Notes: generated by a model not told the origin, from the letters alone. A DNA stretch of 64,000 nt from Octopus vulgaris (GCA_951406725.2 OX597833.1:63612001-63676000); one strand, 5' to 3'; positions 26,846 to 41,836 are shown, numbered from the stretch's first letter. Numbers and translations are program-made.

Positions 26846-28226
26846 TCCCAGTGCTTAACTGGTACTTATTATATCGACCCAGAAACGATAAAAGTCGAAG
26901 ACCTCGGCCGAACTTGAACTCAGAAATTAAAGGCGGACGAAATGCCGGAAGCCATTTTTGTCCGGCATGCTAACGATTCTGCCAGCTCCTTGCTTTTACC
27001 ACTAATAATAACGATTTCAAGTCTTGGCACACGGCCAGCAATTTTAGAGGAGGGTGTAAATCGGTTACATCAGCCCCAGTCTTTAACTTCCCGACAAAAT
27101 GCCGGAAAGCATTTTGTCCGGCATGCCAACAGTTCTGCCAACACGCTTAATTTGAAATGTTAGCACAAGGCCAGCAAGGTCGGCGAAAAGGTTTAAGTCG
27201 ATTACATCGACCCCAGTGTTCAACTGGTACTTTATTTTATCGACCCCGAAAGGATGAAAGTCAGAGGCGACCTCGGCGGAATTTGAACTCAGAACGTAAA
27301 GACGGATGAAATATAACTAAGTGTTCTTTTCTACTCTAGACACAAGACCTGAAATGTTTTTTTGAGGGGGAGGGGGCCAGTCTATTAGATCGACCCCAGT
27401 ACGCAACTGGCACTTAATTTATCGACCCGAAAGGTTGAAAGGCAAAGTCAACCTCGGCAGAATTTGAACTCAGAACGTAAAGACTGACGAAATACCAAGA
27501 ATTTCGCCCGGTGTTTCTGCTAAATTGTCGCCTTAAAATAATCTTTTCTGGTTGACTTGGGCAGAATTTGAACTCAGAACGTAAAGACGGAGGAAATATT
27601 GCCCAGCATTCTTTTCTACTCGAGGCACAAGGCCCGAAATGTTTTTTTTTCTTTTTGCTGGGGTGAAACAATCGATTAGATCAACCCCCGGTACGCAACT
27701 GGTACTTAATTTATCTATCGGGAAAGGATGAAAGGCAAAGTCGACCAGGGCGGAATTTGAACTCAGAACGTAAAGACAGACGAAATACGGTTAAGCATTA
27801 TGTTTCTTTATTACCCACAAGGGGCTAAACATAGAGGGGGCAAACAAGGACAGACAAACGGATTAAGTCAATTATATCGACCCCATTGCATAACTGGTAC
27901 TTGATTTATCTATCGGGAAAGGATGAAAGGCAAAGTCGACCTGGGCGGAATTTGAACTCAGAACGTAAAGACAGACGAACTAAGGCTAAGCATTATGTTT
28001 CTTTATTACCCACAAGGGGCTAAACATAGAGGGGACAAACAAGGACAGACAAACGGATTAAGTCAATTATATCGACCCCAGTGCATAACTGGTACTTGAT
28101 TTATCTATCGGGAAAGGATGAAAGGCAAAGTCGACCTGGGCGGAATTTGAACTCAGAACGTAAAGAAGACGAACTAAGGCTAAGCAATAGGCCTCACATG
28201 GCAACGATTCTGACAGCTCGTTGCTT
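26846..28226 (-). mobile_element. Head-to-tail cluster of SINE B units, including a 195-bp tandem array (27697-28187)
   Basis: aactggtac at 27697, 27892 and 28087 (period 195). At least seven occurrences of tgaactcagaa. Confidence 0.9.
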
Positions 28227-28504
28227 TAGATATGAATAATATTAACAACAAAACATATACGTAAAGCTGAGATACATACTCCATTCATGTTCGTAATTAT
28301 ATCAGAATGGAGGAGAAATTTCTTCGTGTAATCTATAGGAGTGAATCTCGACGGACGCCATTGGCTAACAATAATGAATAAAAGGGATTTCTGATTGAAT
28401 ATGGATGCGGAAGAGAATGGAATACGGTTAGAAAGGTTTACAATAGATTAAACCCCATGTGGAAATGTGAAAATATGTTGGCATGCAATACATCGATCCA
28501 TCAA

Positions 28505-28554
<50 letters not shown>

Positions 28555-28682
28555 TACGTACATGCATACATATGCATAAACACACACATATATATATATG
28601 TATGTATATATATATATATATATACATATATATACATACATATATATAGATGCATATGTATATATATGTATATAGATAAATG

Positions 28683-28754
<72 letters not shown>

Positions 28755-29109
28755 ATATAATATATATATATATATACATACATATATACATACATATACA
28801 CACGCACAAACACACGCACACACACAAGTATATATGTATGTATAATGTCATATTCTGTTGAGGATGATGTAGAGTATAAAGCTGGTCCACCTACAGATAC
28901 CATGCGGTGCTAACCAACAGTAGTATTATACGTAGTACCAGATTTAACTGGTACTTGTTTTAATGACCCCGAAAGAGATGAAAGGTCAGATTCCATCATA
29001 ATTATCTTAAGAACTACAACCGTTAGTGCCTTGCTGACATTCGTCACTGCAATGTCGTCTAAAACTCTGACTTCACGACAAACATATATTTATATATATA
29101 TATATATAT

Positions 29110-29275
29110 CCTCTGTCTTCCGTTCTCTGGATCTTTCCTTCTCCTATGTTTCCGACGAAGAGCTCCGCTCGAAACGTTATACCCTCCTTCTTTCCTTCTT
29201 TCCTGAGCGTCCAATAATACTATATTTGTTCCTCGTCCTCGCGTTGTTGTTTTTTTTGTGCTTTCATGTTTGGAT

Positions 29276-29279
<4 letters not shown>
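29110..29279 (+). mobile_element. Short PLE-derived cassette in (TA)n containing a hammerhead-like motif (29148-29182)
   Basis: GUUU CCGACGA A GAGC-UCC-GCUC GAAA CG UU| AUAC; (TA)n on both sides. Confidence 0.7.
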
Positions 29280-29316
<37 letters not shown>

Positions 29317-29350
29317 ACATATATATATATGTATACATATATATATATGT

Positions 29351-29406
<56 letters not shown>

Positions 29407-29417
29407 GTATATATATA

Positions 29418-29649
29418 TGTGTGTGTGAGTCTTTGTGTCTGTGTTTGTCCCCCAACACCGCTTGACAAAACGGCGCTGGTATGTCTATATCTCCGTAACT
29501 TAGCTGTTCGGCAAAAGATACCGATAGAATAAGTACTAGGCTTCATGAAAAATAAAGCCCGGAGTCGATTTGTTCGACTAAAACTTTCCAAGGTGGCGTC
29601 TCAGCATGGCTGCAGTAAAATGACTGAAACATGTAAAAGATAAAAGATA
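29418..29649 (+). mobile_element. SINE A 3' half
   Basis: Family A body and tail tgactgaaacatgtaaaagataaaagata. Confidence 0.85.
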
Positions 29650-30692
29650 CAACGGTCGAATAAATTGAACAGTATTCAAAAGATATCGAATGGGAGAAGT
29701 ACAAGTCTCCGCTGCATAGATATATTGTAAATAGTAATACAAAAGCAGTTTATAATTACTGAGAGCAAATTATGAATAAACAATGAGAAAGTATCATAAG
29801 GCTGAGCGACATATCTTGGCACTGCGCCTCAGGTCGTTCTGTAAGTGAATATAAAAGAGGATGAGAGATGATCTTACGAAGCAGAGCGGAAAAACTCTGC
29901 GTGGACTTTTGGATGGCTCTGCCGAACTTTCAGCTCGCCGGCTTTTATAACTTTTAGTGAAACTTCTAGAAAATTTGGCAGCATTATTTTGGCTGGAAAA
30001 TTGAAGAACTTCTTTTGAAGTTCACCGCGTCAATTCTTTTAATTCAGCCAAAGGTAATTTTTCGAACTATGAATACTTAGGTGGTTATGCCTTTGAGGTA
30101 TATACTTGCTGGAATTCTGAGCGAGCTGGTTTCGAATCTCGACAGCAACCCTTTTATAAAGTTAAACGATAAAGGATGGTGTAAAGGAATCCTTTTCAGA
30201 TCAGCAAAGACTTTGGCAGTAGCGAGTCAACCCTCGTCCATTAAACGAAAATTGTGTCCATTTATGTTTTCGGAGGTTCAAAATGGCTGGATTCTTCTCT
30301 GCGAGTCTCTTTCAGGTGTTAAAAGAAAATAAAGAAGGTCCATTGCTCAAAAGTCGTTCAGCAGACATAGCAATTTGCACAAGAAGGAAGCAGTTAGATT
30401 AGCTCTAAAAACCGATGAAAATGAAACAAATTTGTCACGTGTCTTAGTGTCTGCTATTACGTACGCAACATACTAATATAAAGTTTTTTTTTTATTTTCT
30501 GCCTTTATATTTCAGGTTCAAGTGAAAGAATATTAACAAACAAATCATAGGTTGAGATGGGGTATTAGCAGAAGCATGAAAATCATTAGGGTAAAATGTC
30601 ATTCAGTATTCAATACAAGACGTTCCGAGTTCAAATGGTGCCGGGGTCGAATTTGCCTTTCATCGTTTCAGGGTTGATAAAACAAAGTATCA

Positions 30693-30750
<58 letters not shown>

Positions 30751-30948
30751 TTCTTTCAGTAATTTGACTGCGGCCATGCTGGAGCCCCGCCTTTTGTCGA
30801 ACAAATCGACACCCAGGACTTATTCTTTGTAAGCCTAGTACTTATTCTCACTGTCTCTTTTGTTGAGCCGCTAAGTTACGGGAACGTAAACACTCCAACA
30901 TCGGTTGTCGAGAAATGGTTGGGGGAGGGCACAAACAGAGAGATACAA

Positions 30949-31011
<63 letters not shown>

Positions 31012-31185
31012 AACAAATATATGTACATACGACAGGCTTCTTTCGGTTTCCGTCTACCAAATCCACTTACAAGGATTTGGTCGGCCCAAGACGATAGTAG
31101 AAGACACTCGCCCAAGGTGCCATGCAGTTAGACTGAAACCGGAACCATGTGGTTGGGAAGCAAGCTACTTACTGCACAGCCACTT
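30751..31185 (-). mobile_element. SINE A
   Basis: Reverse complement of the full element with internal (CA)n. Confidence 0.88.
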
Positions 31186-31222
31186 CTGTACACACACCCA
31201 CCCACACGCGCACACACATCTA

Positions 31223-31273
31223 CAGGGTGATTCATAAATTGTTTTTATGTATGGCGACTTTTGAATCACCCTG
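31223..31273. mobile_element. 51-bp Tc1/mariner-type micro-MITE
   Basis: TA|cagggtgattca...tgaatcaccctg|TA: perfect 12-bp TIRs and a TA TSD. Confidence 0.75.
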
Positions 31274-31496
31274 TATATAGTCACCGTTTCGCTCCGCCCG
31301 GCACCTGAGGGAACGTCTTCCTCATTACGTTGGGTGTTAAAACACCTAAAAGTCAAAGACAGGCGAGACAACTCCAGCATTATGAGGGAGTGTCCACCCA
31401 GGCGCTACGCCACAGCAAATCGGCAAACAAATAAAACGCATTTATTGAGTATGTGCGGTCGATAATGTTTACAATATTTGCGCTGCTTTTAACCCA

Positions 31497-31559
<63 letters not shown>

Positions 31560-31836
31560 AAAGAAATTAAAAACAATAGGAAAAATGAAATGAAAAATGG
31601 TGCTCTTAGCAAAAACAAACAAATGCATTATAACATTACACACATAAATCGAGATATAATTAACTATAACGTATTTTGAGCAAATTGCCTTTATTTCTCG
31701 CGAATCTGTTGAACCATTTACATAGATATGTGCGTGTGTGTGTGTCTCTGTGTCTGTGTGTGTCTATATAAATAAATATAGATACACACATACATGCACG
31801 CACACAGACACACACAGATATGCATATACTCATACA

Positions 31837-31893
<57 letters not shown>

Positions 31894-32039
31894 GTATGAT
31901 TTGTTTTGATTTGGAGAAAAAGCGGAACGATAAATATAGTATAGTTATGCGATCCGTAACCGATTCGATTGTACAACCCGCCATTCACAGAACCACTCAT
32001 GCACAAACCTCCTGCTCTCTCCGAATCACTGACTGCATT

Positions 32040-32092
32040 TAATAATAATAATAATGATATTAAAAATAACAATAATTATAATAATAATAATA

Positions 32093-32127
<35 letters not shown>

Positions 32128-32131
32128 TAAT

Positions 32132-32179
<48 letters not shown>

Positions 32180-32196
32180 CGATGATGATGATGATG

Positions 32197-32227
<31 letters not shown>

Positions 32228-32229
32228 TG

Positions 32230-32266
<37 letters not shown>

Positions 32267-32292
32267 TAATAATAATAATAATAATAATAATA

Positions 32293-32345
<53 letters not shown>

Positions 32346-32403
32346 CATAATAATAATAATAACAATAATAATAATAATAATAATCATAATAATAATAATA
32401 ATC

Positions 32404-32474
<71 letters not shown>

Positions 32475-32578
32475 GATGATGATAATAATAACACTGATAA
32501 TAATAATAATAATGATAGTAATAATAATGATGATGATGATGATAGTAGCAGCAGTTGAAGTAATAGTATTAATATTGT

Positions 32579-32611
<33 letters not shown>

Positions 32612-32632
32612 TAGTAGTGGTAGTAGTAGTGG
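32040..32632. repeat. (AAT/GAT/TAG)n microsatellite
   Basis: Seen directly. Confidence 0.97.
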
Positions 32633-33135
32633 TTAATCGATTTGTCTATATTTGTTACTTGTATGTCACGTGTTATTACCCTTCGAACACGAAACGCAAT
32701 CAACTGTTTTGTCTATTAATAAGTTAACTCAGTTACATAAGTTATGATTTTGTAATTAAATCCCAAAATAATATGGTAGATCGCGTTGCTATTTTCCTTG
32801 TTTAGCCCCCGGTCACCGCTTGCTGGCTGAACCTTTATAATCGAAGAGGTTCTCGCCGTGGCCATCTCGTCGGGCATTTTTGTATATTATGTATATTCAT
32901 GTCTATAGTATTCAGTATTTTCTATTTTTATTGTATTTTTGTTATTTAGCCCCAAATCTCCATTAGTCGGCCAGGCCTATAATCAAAGATGTACCAGCCG
33001 TGACCATCTCGTCGAATGTTTTAGGTATGCATACCTAGGCTCTTGTACCATACAAATCATCATCGGCCAACCGTGACCATCTCGTCAAGTATATTTGTCC
33101 AGGTCCACACTATTCAATATCCAGTGTATATTTAT

Positions 33136-33338
33136 ATTCTTTAACTCGTTTCAGTCATTTTACTGCGTCCATACTGGAGCACCTCCTTTAGTCGAGCAAA
33201 TCGACGCAAGGGCTTATTCTTTGTAAGCGTAGTACTTATTCAATCAGTGTCTTCTGCCGAACCGCTAAGTTACGGGGACGTAAACACACCAGCATCGATT
33301 GTCTACTGACGTTTTGAAGGGGACAAACACAGACGCGT

Positions 33339-33380
<42 letters not shown>

Positions 33381-33498
33381 ACACGCACACACACACACAT
33401 ATACGACGAGCTTCTTTCAGTTTCTGTCTACCAAATCCCCTCACAAAGCTTTAGTGGGCCCGAGGCTATAGTAGGAGACACTGGCCCAAGGTGCCACG
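33136..33498 (-). mobile_element. SINE A (head truncated by adjacent SINE B)
   Basis: Family A homology. Confidence 0.85.
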
Positions 33499-33767
33499 GA
33501 ATTTGAATTCAGAACGTAGCGGCAGACGAAATATCTATTTCTTTATTACCCACAAGGGGCTAAACACAGAGAGGACAAACAAGGACAGACAAACGGATTA
33601 AGTCGATTACATCGACCCCAGTGCGTAACTGGTACTTATTTAATCGACCCCGAAAGGATGAAAGGAAAAGTCGACCTCGGCGGAATTTGAACTCAGAACG
33701 TAACGGCAGACGAAATACTGCAAAGCATTTCGCCCGGCGTGCTAGCGATTCCGCCAAGCTGACCACC
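33499..33767 (-). mobile_element. Full SINE B plus the start of a second unit
   Basis: Head at 33767 reading ggtggtcagcttggcggaatcgctagcacgcc; the tail is joined to atatttcgtctgccgctacgttctgaattcaaattc. Confidence 0.9.
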
Positions 33768-34232
33768 ATGGAAAATACCAGAACAGAACGCAATTATATG
33801 AGTAAGTAATTAGGCATAATTAAACGAGCACCTAATTACACTAATATACTGACGATGGTTCTCCATCACCATAACAGCCAACTGCTGCTGCTGCTGTTTT
33901 TGTAACAGACACGGAACAGCTTGCGATACTCGGCTCTCTCATCTGACAGCTTTATGACATTTTTGCACTGCACACATAATGTCATGATAATGTAAACATA
34001 ATAAGATTTTATTAAAAATGCGTAACATAATCTTTTACCTTCAACTTCTGTTTATTTGAGCAATTTCACTTCTCTCTCTCTCTCTCTCTCTCTCTCGTTC
34101 TCTCTCCGCCTCTCTTTTTCAACCCCGCTCCCATCCACGCACTCTTCCAGTTCTCTCGCTTCCAATATTTTTTTCCATGATTTACTCAGTGTACTGTATG
34201 GCTGTGTAGCGTATCAAATACGATGTTTGTTT

Positions 34233-34270
34233 AATTATTATTACCATTATTATTATTATTATTATTATTA

Positions 34271-34311
<41 letters not shown>

Positions 34312-34315
34312 ATTA

Positions 34316-34349
<34 letters not shown>

Positions 34350-34350
34350 C

Positions 34351-34390
<40 letters not shown>

Positions 34391-34425
34391 TTATCGTTAT
34401 AATTATAATTATTATTATATTTATC

Positions 34426-34505
<80 letters not shown>

Positions 34506-34509
34506 CATT

Positions 34510-34544
<35 letters not shown>

Positions 34545-34765
34545 TATATTTATCGTTATTATTATTATTATTAGTAGTAGTATTGTTGTTGTTGTTGTTG
34601 TTATTATTATTATTATTATCATCATTATTATTATTATTATTGTTATTATTATTGTTGCTGTTGTTGTTATTATTATTATTATTACTATTATCATCATCAT
34701 TATTATTATTGTTGTTGTTGTTGTTACTACTACTACTACTACTATTATTATTATTATTAATATTA

Positions 34766-34830
<65 letters not shown>

Positions 34831-34879
34831 GTTATTATTATTATTATTATTATTATTGTTATTATTATTATTATTATTA
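34233..34879. repeat. (ATT)n microsatellite
   Basis: Seen directly. Confidence 0.97.
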
Positions 34880-35295
34880 AGGCAGGGAATTGGCAGAATA
34901 GTTAGCACGCCGGGCAAAATACTTAGCAGTAATTTGTTCGTCTTCGCGTTCAGATTTCAAATTCTGTCGAGGTCAGCTTTTCATTTCATCCTTTCATGGT
35001 CGAGAAAATAAGTACCAGTTGAACACTGGGGCCGATGTAAGCGACTTAACCCACTCCACCAGATTTGCCGGCCATGTGCCAAAATTTGAAACCAATAATA
35101 ACTCTCTTTACTGTTGGCCAAGGGCCTGAAATTTAGTGGAGGTGGCCAGTCTTTTTGCACCCCAGTGCTCAAATGGTACTTATCGATCCTGAAAGGCAAA
35201 GCTGACATTGGCAGGATTTGATCTCGGAACGTTATTACAGACGAAATTCCGTGAAGCATGTTGCCGACGTGGCAACGATTTTGCCAGCTCGCCAT
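34880..35295. mobile_element. Two tail-to-tail diverged SINE B copies
   Basis: Plus copy 34880-35097, minus copy about 35100-35295. Confidence 0.7.
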
Positions 35296-35418
35296 TCCTT
35301 TCTAATATAGACATAAGGCCTGGAATGGAATTTTTGGGGTAGGAACTTTGTGATTTATTCTTTCGGGGTCGAAAATAGAATAAGTACTAGATGAGTACAG
35401 GAATCGGTGCAACCAAAC

Positions 35419-35461
<43 letters not shown>

Positions 35462-35882
35462 CTTCCAGGCTTTATGCTTAATAGTACGAAGAAATTATTA
35501 ATTTTCCTCGTTACCAACACCGAAGTAACTCCATCTTTCCTTCATATTCTATGGACATAGAAAGGGTAATCTATCATTCCATAGGAGTCAGCTGCTGGAA
35601 ATGACAAATAACCATTTCTTGGGATAATTTTAAAACCGCGGTGGTAATCGATTTATCACTTACCAAGAATTGTCAGTACTAACAAGATTACTCAACAGGC
35701 ATTCTTGTCAGTGGGAAAAGCAACAGGCATCATTAAGAATTACCGTCCTCATTTCCTTTCTTTGAACAATTCAAAAGTCATCTACCGAGAGATATTCTTC
35801 GAACGTGTGTAGGTTGCGTCTGAGCGCCATCTATTATCTATTATCCGTTGCTTTTTAACTTGTACTTGTTTACAGTCGTTGA

Positions 35883-36081
35883 ACTGCGGCCATGTTGGAG
35901 CACTGCCTTGAAAGGTTGTAGTCGAAAACATCGACCCCGCCCACTCACGAAAACATCTTATTCTTAAGGTATGGTATTGTACTGCGGCCATGTTGGAGCA
36001 CTGCCCTGAAAGGTTGTAGTTGAAAACATCGACCCCCCCCTCCCACTCACGAAAATATCTTATTCTTAAGGTATGGTATTG
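35883..36081. repeat. About 100-bp tandem duplication within a SINE A-like 3' tail (minus)
   Basis: actgcggccatgttggagcactgcc...aaggtatggtattgt occurs twice. Confidence 0.88.
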
Positions 36082-36230
36082 TACTTATTCTATCGTTCTC
36101 TTATTTGCTGAACCACTAAGTGAAGGGGAATTAAACAAACCAACACCGGGTGTCAGGTGATGAGGTGGGGAGTAGAAAAATACAAAGTCATACACCAAAA
36201 TACATACATACATACATACATAGGAGCACT

Positions 36231-36349
36231 CCCCGAAAGGATGAAAGGCAAAGTCGACCTCGGTGGAATTTGAACTCAGAACGTAACGGCAGACGAAATA
36301 TCGCAAAGCATTTCGCCCGGCGTGCTAACGATTCTGCCAGCTCACCGCC
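36231..36349 (-). mobile_element. SINE B 5' portion
   Basis: ccccgaaaggatgaaaggcaaagtcgacc...gccagctcaccgcc. Confidence 0.85.
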
Positions 36350-36804
36350 ATCAAATAAAATAAATACCACTTGAACACTGGGGTCGATGAAAGCAACTTA
36401 CCCAACTCCACCAGATTTGCTGTGAAAAACATATCTAAAATACACCGTTTTCTATTTTTTTTATAAGCATATAGATACGGAATTCCATTTCCGTTTTGAG
36501 AAAAACTATCAAGTCTCTTACGAGAAAATTCTCTGTAATAACATGAATCGAAGCAATATAATTTCTAAGACAGTGTTCACAAAAGGAAGACATACATATA
36601 GACGCTAGAACAAGGGCACATTAAAGAAATGTGACCTTTTATTGAAGCGGCGGAAATAATCAGCGCAAAACTACTTGAATCTCTTCGAAAATGACCTCCT
36701 TCTCAAGGTCAGTGATTTGGTTGAAGGGTTTATATGAATATGGCGTCTTTTGACCTTACATTCGCACACAAACGCACATACAAACACATACATACTACAT
36801 ATAT

Positions 36805-36843
<39 letters not shown>

Positions 36844-36956
36844 AATATATATATATAATGCAAGCGTATGTATGACATATGAAATAAAATACTAATTAAG
36901 AGCAAAATCAATAGTTTTTATAGCTTAATCATTCATATATATATATTTGTGTATCT

Positions 36957-36996
<40 letters not shown>

Positions 36997-37054
36997 ACAC
37001 ACACATATATATTACGCGTGTGTGTGTGTGAGTGTATATATATATATATGTAAC

Positions 37055-37260
37055 AATGATAGTATTTTTTTATATAAACTTAAAGCATATGGTGATCACC
37101 GTGCAATGACTAAGGAAAGTAGTCTAATAAAGGGGCATATAAGCCTTCTACAGAAAAAAGGCTTTCGAGGGCTTATATGACCCTTTATTAGACTATTTTC
37201 CTTGGTCATTGCACGGTGATAGCCATAAGCTTTAAGTTTATATTAAAAAATACCATTATT
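37055..37260. repeat. Long inverted repeat or fold-back (94-bp arms, 18-nt loop)
   Basis: Arms 37055-37148 and 37167-37260 align without gaps at 84/94 positions. Confidence 0.93.
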
Positions 37261-37317
37261 ATTATTATTTGCAGGGTTGTAAACTCGGCGCCGTATAATA
37301 AACCATTCGCACCGAAA

Positions 37318-37445
<128 letters not shown>

Positions 37446-37451
37446 GTACAT

Positions 37452-37720
37452 GTGAAGGTGCGTGGCGTAGTGGTTAGGGCTGTCGTACTCAAGTTCGTGA
37501 GATCTTGGTTTCGATTCCCAGACTAGCTGCATGTTGTGTCCTTGAGCAAAACACTTCATTTCAAGTTGCTCCGGGCTTCTGACCTGTTAAATGGACAACC
37601 CTACAACGGACTAGCACTCCATCGAGGGAATATTGGCCTACTCACCTATCTAGCGCGGTGGCATCATTCGAAAGCTAAAAAGCGATGCAAAGCGCATTGT
37701 GACCTGCGATGTATAGCACC
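37452..37720 (+). mobile_element. Old tRNA-derived SINE, family E
   Basis: tggcgtagtggttagg...ggtttcgattccc, CORE-like tccttgagcaaaacactt; homolog at 53317-53570. Confidence 0.75.
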
Positions 37721-38316
37721 AACCGACAGTTGTAAATGTTTGTACATTTCACAGACGTTAGTATCTTAAATTAATAACACAGACAAACTCAGCGGTGCAG
37801 ATAATGTGACATAAATGGGTTAAAAGAAAGTAATAACATATATACTCCAACGGACGGACCATCAGGTAGTTTCTTTCTGCCCAAATTCAAACTCGAATTG
37901 CTTACTGATAAGTTGGGGTTTAGAACCTGAAGATGGTTTCATATTCACGTGGTTTCAGCATTGATCCGAACACGCGTTACGCCGGGGAAATGTCTTCGAG
38001 AATACAACAATGAGAGTTATACATATATATACATGTAAAAACAACGACCACAACAAGTGCACGCGCTTATAACATTCCGACGACGAAGAATCTCATGATA
38101 TAATTAAATATGTAGTATTGTTGCTCCGGTGACAAAGTAATGTCACATTTTAAATTTAGTTTTATTTCCCGTTTATTTACATGAAAGACGTGTGTCCGTA
38201 TGAGTGCGTACGTGTGTGCGTAAGCATGTATGTATGTATCTATGTATGTTCGTATGTATGTTCGTATGTATTTATGGGTATATGAATGTATACATACATA
38301 CATACATACATACATA

Positions 38317-38392
<76 letters not shown>

Positions 38393-38492
38393 TGTATGTG
38401 TGTACTCGATTATCAGTATACTTCTACACTACATATACAAAAGTATAAATAAATGTATATATGTGAGTATATATGTGTGTGTGTATGTATGT

Positions 38493-38556
<64 letters not shown>

Positions 38557-38636
38557 ATATATATACATATATACATATATATATACATATATACTTATAT
38601 ATATACATGCATACATACACTCACAGATACACAAAG

Positions 38637-38670
<34 letters not shown>

Positions 38671-39089
38671 GCTAGCAAAGAAATACATACACAAACATGC
38701 TCATATTAACACACAAACATAGAAGCACACATATATATACTAGTATATATATACATATATATATATTACGTACGAGTGTGTGTATGCGTGTGTGTCTATG
38801 TTTGCGTGTGTGTGTATCTGGGTGTGTATGTGTGTATTAATTGTTGGCCCTGTTTGATGTGTTTTAATATAACAAGAGAGAATTCCTAGCCACAAGCAGA
38901 CTTCGCAGTGACCCGGTGACCTTTCAGCGTGGCAAATCATTTGACTAAATTCTGATGGGAAATATTTCACCTACGAAAATGTTTGATGTCACACGAAGTC
39001 TATCTGAGGACTTATCGTTTGTATTGGTCCTTTGGTGTGAGGGTTATTACGGTTTAGGTCTATGAAACAGACAGCGAGAGAGAAAGAGA

Positions 39090-39142
<53 letters not shown>

Positions 39143-39255
39143 TAGACAGACACGGTGATGAAGGGGAAAACTGTATGAGCAGAACAGATATAGTCTAAGA
39201 GACAGAAAGACTGAATGGTATAAATAGGTACATACATACATACATACATGCATAT

Positions 39256-39324
<69 letters not shown>

Positions 39325-39429
39325 ATATATATATATATATGTGTATATATACATACATGCACATATACATATATACATACGTATGTACATTCATACAAAC
39401 ATACATATATACATATACATATGCATGTG

Positions 39430-39468
<39 letters not shown>

Positions 39469-39889
39469 ATCTATCTATTTTATATATATATATATATATA
39501 TGTCTATATATATATATGTCTATGTATATATGTATATAAATGTATATATATATATATATAAATGTGTGTATATATATATGTGTGTGTGTGTGTGTGTGAA
39601 CATGGCGAGGTGTTTGGGAGTGAGGGTCAGAGGGGAAAATAAAATGAGTGAGACCACACGGAGGGAGAAATAGAGAAGCAAACAAACCATCGACACAAAA
39701 TAGCAAAAGGCGAGCTTTTCTTCTCTCTTTTCTCAATAAATTAAAAAAGATAAAACATTTTAAATCGCTTTTTATTATTTTTTTTTTTCCCCCATCCATT
39801 CTAAATGTTTGGAATTCTCTAAAGTGTCAAACCTTCAGACAATGCAATCTATGGAAGAAAATTGGCACATGAAAGAAATAATTTTCTTG

Positions 39890-40012
39890 TTTATACGCCG
39901 ATGACGTCACTGTGGTGGTATCGAAAAACCGAATAAATACGTTGCGATAATTGGCACCGCTCTGAGGGACTACGAAACGGTATCAAGAGCGAAAATTAAC
40001 CAGGAAAAAAGT
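39890..40012 (+). pseudogene. L1/Tx1-type RT fragment
   Basis: YADDVTVVVS...IGTALRDYETVSRAKINQEKS (my own translation). Confidence 0.7.
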
Positions 40013-40166
40013 CAGTTTGGCTCGTGGCTTGTAATAAAGACCCTTCGAATATGCTGCAAGAATTCCTTGGAAAGGGTCTTTAAATCTGAGAAGACGTGTT
40101 GTCATCAAACATCAAGCTAGAATACCTACTAGCTAACTTAGCATGCACTAGCATAATAATAATAAT

Positions 40167-40216
<50 letters not shown>

Positions 40217-40318
40217 TAGTGATAATAATAATTATCATAATAATAATGATAATATTAATAACAATAATAATAATATCAATAATGATAATAACAACAACAA
40301 CAACAACAATAATAATAG

Positions 40319-40349
<31 letters not shown>

Positions 40350-40436
40350 AATAACAATAACAATAATAACAACAACAACAACAACAACAATAATAATAAT
40401 TATGATAATAATAATAACGATGATGATAATGCCCTG

Positions 40437-41151
<715 letters not shown>

Positions 41152-41170
41152 TAATAATAATAATAATAAT

Positions 41171-41555
41171 TTCATGCAGTGCGCCCATATGATACGAAGC
41201 CATACATAGTCTTACTGAAGAAAGCAAGCAAAGTATACTGGATCCATAGTCCAAAGTCAAGAGATATAACAGGTTAGCTTGGGAGGTTAAGCAGTTGTGG
41301 TCGATGAAAAAGGTAGCAGTAGTACCAATAATTGTCGGAGCCCTGGGAACAATGAATAAAAATCTCGAGAAGTGCATAGAAGAAATAAGGGCTGTAATAA
41401 GGGTGGAGCACTTGTAGAAAACAGCACTGATTGGAACCGCTCGAATACTCCGGAAGGTGTTAAAAAAATAAGAGGTGTTACCTTAGTTCACTGGTGGTGA
41501 ACAGCTGACACCGTAGTATATCTCCAGCGTTAGAAGCTGTGCAAAGGCAACAACG
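41171..41555 (+). mobile_element. R4/Dong-type retrotransposon 3' end (RLE domain remnant) in (AAT)n
   Basis: RYNRLAWEVKQLWSMKKVAVVPIIVGALGTMNKNLEK...*KTALIGTARILRKVL (my own translation). Confidence 0.88.
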
Positions 41556-41583
41556 TAATAATAATAATAATAATAATAATAAT

Positions 41584-41653
<70 letters not shown>

Positions 41654-41755
41654 TGCCTGGTGTACCTTTATCAAACGGGTAGTCATGATGGGTATATTGG
41701 GCTTCGTATATTTTACCCCAGTGTCACTTTGATGGCAGGCTCTGCTCGCTCACTC

Positions 41756-41836
<81 letters not shown>

